Positions 62,956 to 64,000 of a DNA stretch of 64,000 nt are shown piece by piece. The DNA is from Blastocystis sp. Blastoise. Its lineage: Eukaryota; Protista; Bigyra: Opalinata. Where the stretch lies: assembly GCA_039096225.1 (NCBI GenBank), contig JBBPEB010000003.1, positions 930,001 through 994,000 of the forward strand, given 5' to 3'. Within the stretch, counting starts at the first letter, position 1. Each line of letters opens with the position of its first letter. The notes under the pieces were generated by a model. It saw only the letters and a program-made list of their open reading frames with translations, ran no database searches and was not told the DNA's origin. The translations under genes and the position numbers were made by a program.

Positions 62956-64000
62956 TTATAGTTACAATTCTTTGTTTTTCTTTTTTATTTTATTAAAATT
63001 TATTATTAATTTTGTTTTAGGGACATCACTCATTGTTTATTATGTCATATCCATTCATTTAATTTGCTAAATTAAGTCTGATTTCATTTTAAATACGACT
63101 AATTTATTATCCATTCTTTATTGAAACATAAACATTTTTAATTTTTTTGGCTCCATTTTTTTCCCACCATAATTATTAATCACTATGAAAAAAATACATT
63201 TATTGGGCATTTTTTATGTATTCTCTTGACTCTCGCATTTTGCCCGAAATCACTAATCAACCAATAATTTTGCGTGCTTTTTATAGCCATTCATTACAAT
63301 ATATAGAAGAAAAGCATCTCTCTAATTATTCATTTATCTTTTACTCATTTATTTGAAATGCTTTGATTTATTTGATTGTTTGAATTTGTTCTTGATTTCT
63401 TTCTAATGATATCTTGTGGATATTAAAGAGTTGTGATGCTTTATTAAAAGATCTAATTCTATTTAATAAGATAATTGAAAGTAACGATTTCTAATAGGAA
63501 GGTATATATAAATTAAATATATAAATACTATATAAAAGTATTTTTTTTACTTTTTTCTTCCGATTATTGACAATTTTGTGCACCTATATAAGGACACCTC
63601 TTCTCTCGATGGAGTTTTTCTGTCGTTCAAGATGATTGTTGATGATCGAAGACTATTTTTCGGAATACATAGTACACCTGAAGACTATTATTATAAATAA
63701 AAAATTTATTTTTTGTTCATTTTAATCAATACCCTTCTTGTGCCTCCTATTTTCCATTCATTTTGATTTAGTTAAATGAATTATCATTCATTTTTTCTAT
63801 TTTATTCTTTATTTATTTAGATATCGTGTTCCATCTATGGTATTCAAGTATGAAATACTTTTAGTAAAAACAGAATTCCATAATTAAGAAATAAAATACT
63901 TTTAAACAAGTAAATATTAGATTTATATATATATATAATTGATGACATAATTCTATTCATATGGCTCGTTGTCAAAACGTATGGTCAACTATATTTGAAC

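Noticed and set aside
63630-63686. C/D box snoRNA (TGATGA...CTGA)
   Set aside because: The box spacing is short, there is no proper terminal stem and no recognisable rRNA guide.

Overview
Extremely AT-rich, intron-rich eukaryotic nuclear DNA in the standard genetic code. It holds about 19 protein-coding genes, most broken by short GT-AG introns that are often swollen with (TA)n or (TTA)n microsatellites. Many short ORFs in the supplied track are therefore exon fragments or repeat artefacts. Recognisable genes are a GH35 beta-galactosidase, an importin-alpha-like ARM protein, PDH E1-beta, an MPP6-like protein, an SSUH2-like protein, organellar IleRS, a cystatin missed by the ORF track, a mitochondrial CDF metal transporter and ataxin-10. 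Less familiar genes are a stand-alone P-type ATPase actuator-domain protein, a large macroglobulin-like protein, two BTB/LRR-like paralogues, an Asn/Gly/Phe-repeat membrane protein and a ~1,900-aa He_PIG/Cys-module surface protein. The gene content, the short introns and TGTTTGTT motifs 3' of several genes point to an AT-rich Blastocystis-lineage stramenopile (inference). The most striking observations are introns made purely of G(TA)nAG or G(TA)nG, the actuator-only ATPase, a direct-repeat-flanked PDHB intron, a candidate U12 intron and a candidate H/ACA-type RNA. All exon structures were reconstructed by eye.
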